From: Planctomycetota bacterium
Lineage (GTDB): Bacteria; Planctomycetota; GCA-002687715; DRQF01
Direction of reading: 5' to 3'
DNA: 19,057 nucleotides
Assembly: GCA_027001995.1 (NCBI GenBank)
Contig: JALTLO010000130.1
Coordinates: forward strand, 2,926 to 21,982
The translations under genes were made by a program, and so were the position numbers. The notes beneath the pieces are model-generated. The model was not told the DNA's origin, made no database searches, and saw nothing but the letters and a program-made list of their open reading frames with translations. This document shows positions 15,928 to 19,057 of this stretch, piece by piece (positions within the stretch are counted from its first letter, which is position 1; every line of letters begins with the position of its first letter).

Positions 15928-17988
15928 ATGAGTCGTGACCGTATCTTACTCGGAGCCGTAGCCATCATCTTGGTAGCTGCGGCTCTCTTCATTATGAGTC
16001 GCCAAGAAGAAGAGGTCTTGTCACCTGGTCTTCGTGACGAATCCGGTTCTGCTTTTGATTCGAAGAAAAAGGATTCTTCTCATCCCGTCCGGGTATCAGT
16101 CAAGGAAGTCAAAACGTCGCAATCTCCCAGCTCGGAGAAGCGTCAGGCTCCCTTGGCTAAACCTGTGACCACCCGCGATGACTTTGGCAACCTTCACGGG
16201 GCAGTGGAAGTATTCGTCGCCAAGCGAGACGGAACGGCTTTTGCGGGTGCCGCCATCGCCCTTTTTCAAGTGAGCCGGGGAATTCTGAGCGGTGTCCAGC
16301 GAGGGGCAAAACTTCAGGTCACAACTACAGATGAGAGTGGACTGGGGACCATTGACCACATCGAAGTAGGGCAAGATTATGCCCTGCGCATTCAGGCCCC
16401 AGGTTATCGCAAGTTCGAACTTAATCCTTTGAAGCTCATCGCTGGAGAAGTGGTTTCTTACCGTGCCGTTCTTGGGGACGGCTACCAAATTCATGGAACT
16501 GTACGATCTGCCAACGGTGGAGAGGCATTGGCCGGTGCTCGGGTGTCCATCTATGACTTGAATGATCTTACATCCAATCCAGAGGACGCTGTCGAGAGGC
16601 AAGCGTATTGTGATGATCAGGGCAAATACACCTGTACTGGTCTGAGCGGGGGACCGAAGCGGGTGTGCGTGGAAGCAGCAGGTTTTGGCGGCAAAACAAA
16701 ACCTTATGTCTTGTTGAGCGGACTGAGGCCCAACTTACCTCTCGATTTTGAGCTTGATCAAGGAGTCAGCATTCAGGGGATGGTGGTGGATGTTGATGGC
16801 AAGCCGATTCCCCAGGCATCCGTGTTTGTTTCTCCAGTAAAAGGTGGGCCCAAATCTGTTTCAATGGCCTGGTATCCCTCAGTTCAGACGGATGCTCTCG
16901 GTAGATTTGAGGCCCGGGGACTGCTGAAGGGTTTCTACTTTCTTCGTGCTTCAAAGCCGGGTTTTGCTCCCGGCAATTTCGGGTTCGAGAAAGGGGAGAG
17001 GAGAAGGCAGCGGGGGTCCATGATCAATGCTCAGGCGCCGTCTCAGGAGATCGAGCTGGTGTTGGGGCAGGGGCCAAGGGTCACCGGTCGAGTGGTAGAT
17101 GACCAAACGGGAATGCCAATCAGAGCCTTCGACCTTTTTGCGAGTTCTTTGGCCAATCCAAAAGACTTGGACCCGAAATCCAGACAGCGCTTTGTTGGTG
17201 AGGATGGCGTTTTCGATTTCTCCATCCAGGTGATCAATTCTCAAGCACGATTCGTACATCTTCATGCTCGGGCCCCAGGTTTTAGTGGCGGCCATGTTGT
17301 GGTTGATTTTGCCAAGGATCGTTTAGGTGTCACCGGATATAAGAGTTTAGTTGAAGCCGTTGAAATCCGCATGATGACAGGTTCGACCTTGATGGGGCGA
17401 GTACTTGATGCTGACGGTAGACCTCTTGAAAAAGCCAAAGTCGAGGCCATGCGTAAGTTGCCAAAGTTAGAGCGCGTGAATCCTACCGTCATGGGAGCAA
17501 GAGGCTCCCGGTCGTTTAGTCGTTCAATTGTGGCCACAAGCAAGAAGAACGGTGAATTTGAGGTCAAAGGATTACCTCTGGGTACTTACCGCATTCGTAT
17601 TGATCATCCCGATGCTGCAGCCCAAGTGCTGGCCAAGGAGATTGAGATAAGAGAAGCCGGGGATTCTATTGCCCTGGGGGAATTCCGTTTGACCGTTGGT
17701 GGCAAGATTACTGGTTTTGTTCGCGCAGACAGTGGGAAATTTGAAGAGGGGGCGCAGGTCATGTTGGAACCCGTGGAACGGGGGAAAATCCGGCCAATCT
17801 CTATGCGAACAGGCTTGTCTGGCCGCTATGAGTTCGAGCATATTCCTGTGGGGCAATACCGTCTTTACGTCAGTGAACGAAATGGCCTGCACACCCGCTC
17901 ACCCCAATATCGTCAACTCACAGGGAAGACAGCTGAAATGACTGAGATCAATGTCTCAGACGGCTTGGTCATGAGCCTCGATCTGTAA
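15928..17988 (+). CDS. Membrane-anchored protein with six carboxypeptidase regulatory-like repeats (paralog of the upstream gene)
   Basis: Same architecture as the upstream gene, collinear domain by domain (e.g. LHARAKGYAGG vs LHARAPGFSGG; SVIERNG vs YVSERNG). Confidence 0.85.
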   Translation: MSRDRILLGAVAIILVAAALFIMSRQEEEVLSPGLRDESGSAFDSKKKDSSHPVRVSVKEVKTSQSPSSEKRQAPLAKPVTTRDDFGNLHGAVEVFVAKRDGTAFAGAAIALFQVSRGILSGVQRGAKLQVTTTDESGLGTIDHIEVGQDYALRIQAPGYRKFELNPLKLIAGEVVSYRAVLGDGYQIHGTVRSANGGEALAGARVSIYDLNDLTSNPEDAVERQAYCDDQGKYTCTGLSGGPKRVCVEAAGFGGKTKPYVLLSGLRPNLPLDFELDQGVSIQGMVVDVDGKPIPQASVFVSPVKGGPKSVSMAWYPSVQTDALGRFEARGLLKGFYFLRASKPGFAPGNFGFEKGERRRQRGSMINAQAPSQEIELVLGQGPRVTGRVVDDQTGMPIRAFDLFASSLANPKDLDPKSRQRFVGEDGVFDFSIQVINSQARFVHLHARAPGFSGGHVVVDFAKDRLGVTGYKSLVEAVEIRMMTGSTLMGRVLDADGRPLEKAKVEAMRKLPKLERVNPTVMGARGSRSFSRSIVATSKKNGEFEVKGLPLGTYRIRIDHPDAAAQVLAKEIEIREAGDSIALGEFRLTVGGKITGFVRADSGKFEEGAQVMLEPVERGKIRPISMRTGLSGRYEFEHIPVGQYRLYVSERNGLHTRSPQYRQLTGKTAEMTEINVSDGLVMSLDL

Positions 17989-17995
17989 CCCGAAA

Positions 17996-18190
17996 TCACT
18001 CACTCAGTTCGGAGTTGTCATCTAGGGCTCGGGAAAAGCCGTAGTTGCCGTCAAACCAATGGCCCAAGTCGATCATCTTGCAGCGTTCAGAACAGAACGG
18101 GAAGTTGGGGAAGGCTTGGAGGACGAGTTTGGGGTCTTTCGTGGCCAAGACAATCGACTCTTTGCAGATGGGGCAGGTTGGATGAGACAT
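17996..18190 (-). CDS. yacG: DNA gyrase inhibitor YacG
   Basis: CPIC...PFCSERCKMIDLGHW zinc-finger motif and acidic tail. ATG 18190 overlaps the upstream TGA (TGATG). Confidence 0.92.
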   Translation of the reverse strand: MSHPTCPICKESIVLATKDPKLVLQAFPNFPFCSERCKMIDLGHWFDGNYGFSRALDDNSELSE

Positions 18191-18450
18191 CAGTTGGAGC
18201 ACTTTCCGTTTTTGCGCCCATGATTGCTATCTGGTTTGTCATTGGACTTCCCACTCTTGTAGTTCTCGCTGCGATAGTCCGTGGTGTAGAAGCCGGAGCC
18301 TTTGAAAAGGAAACCGGCACCGCTGCCAAAGAGTCTTTGCAACTTCATTTTCTTGCAAGATGGACATTTCTTCTTGACCGCATCGCTCACGTTCTGCAGT
18401 AGTTCAAAGCCGTGACCGCAAGCATCGCATTCGTAGTTGTAAGTTGGCAT
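18190..18450 (-). CDS. FmdB-family zinc ribbon protein
   Basis: MPTYNYECDACGHGFE...CPSC...FKGSGFYTTDYR. SD AAGGAG precedes ATG 18450. Confidence 0.92.
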   Translation of the reverse strand: MPTYNYECDACGHGFELLQNVSDAVKKKCPSCKKMKLQRLFGSGAGFLFKGSGFYTTDYRSENYKSGKSNDKPDSNHGRKNGKCSN

Positions 18451-18487
18451 GATGTAAGCTCCTTCAGTACGCCGCAACCGACCCGTA

Positions 18488-19057
18488 CTACTGATCTTCA
18501 CCTGTTGAATTGTCGTCAGAAGAATCCTCTGATGATTCGGGGGCAACCGAGACAACCACCCGCGCATGGCGGAGCACAATGTCATTCATGGTGTAACCCC
18601 GAGCGACTTCACTCAAGACGACATTGGGCTCCACGTCTTCCTTCTCTTCCTGAGAAACAGCTTCGTGCATTTTTGGATCAAATGGCTTGTCTATTGCAAC
18701 GATGGGTTTGATGCCGTTGTCAGCCAGAAGTTTCTCTAACATCTCGTGAATCATCTTGACGCCAATAAGAACGTTTTTGGCATCTTGGCCTTGATCCAGA
18801 GCTTTCATCGCTGAGCCAAAATTGTCGACGATTGGCAAGACTTGCTCAAAGACATCGCGGCGCACAAAGAGGCGGGCGTCTTTCTGACGCTTCTCTGTTT
18901 GCTTGCGGAAGTTCATGAACTCCGCCGTGGTTCTTTGCAAGCGATCTCGCAACTCGGCGATTTCTTCTGCCGGGTCTTTTTCCTCTTGCTCAGCAGCCTT
19001 GGCCGCAACTTCGTCGGTGTTTTCTGCGCTGTGTCGCAACACATCCAGTATCAGCTG
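18488..19057 (-). CDS. grpE: Nucleotide exchange factor GrpE (5' end probably outside window)
   Basis: AEFMNFRK, LPIVDNF, FDPKMHEAV and RGYTMNDIVLRHARVVVS. The frame is open to the window edge. Confidence 0.95.
   Translation of the reverse strand, partial: QLILDVLRHSAENTDEVAAKAAEQEEKDPAEEIAELRDRLQRTTAEFMNFRKQTEKRQKDARLFVRRDVFEQVLPIVDNFGSAMKALDQGQDAKNVLIGVKMIHEMLEKLLADNGIKPIVAIDKPFDPKMHEAVSQEEKEDVEPNVVLSEVARGYTMNDIVLRHARVVVSVAPESSEDSSDDNSTGEDQ

Noticed and set aside
1..19057. Mobile elements, CRISPR arrays, defence systems, prophage
   Set aside because: No integrase, transposase, cas or phage gene, and no regularly spaced repeats were seen. SRAP alone does not indicate a prophage.

Overview
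Bacterial chromosomal window of mostly housekeeping and envelope genes. A Planctomycetota-like host is a weak inference from gene content. Gene order: MacAB-type ABC exporter operon (HlyD adaptor, FtsX-type permease, ATPase); TIGR04283-type GT2 glycosyltransferase; PutP-like Na+/solute symporter; LysR regulator (-); YwaF/TIGR02206 membrane protein plus SRAP (YedK/HMCES) protein; lipoprotein M28 glutamate carboxypeptidase II homolog (-); a ~940-bp non-coding gap; secreted GH42-like protein (-); two tandem paralogous membrane-anchored proteins each built of six carboxypeptidase-regulatory/Cna-B-like repeats; and yacG, an FmdB zinc-ribbon gene and a partial grpE (-). I see no mobile element, CRISPR array, rRNA or complete tRNA. 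The most notable signal is non-coding. On the minus strand at about 10633-10967, a near-consensus sigma70 promoter (TTGACC-N16-TATAAT) and a strong intrinsic terminator bracket a ~335-nt chain of about nine hairpins rich in GGA motifs. This is a candidate stand-alone structured RNA that I cannot assign to a known family. A second, weaker structured-RNA candidate lies between the LysR and YwaF genes. All structures were paired by eye and not computed.
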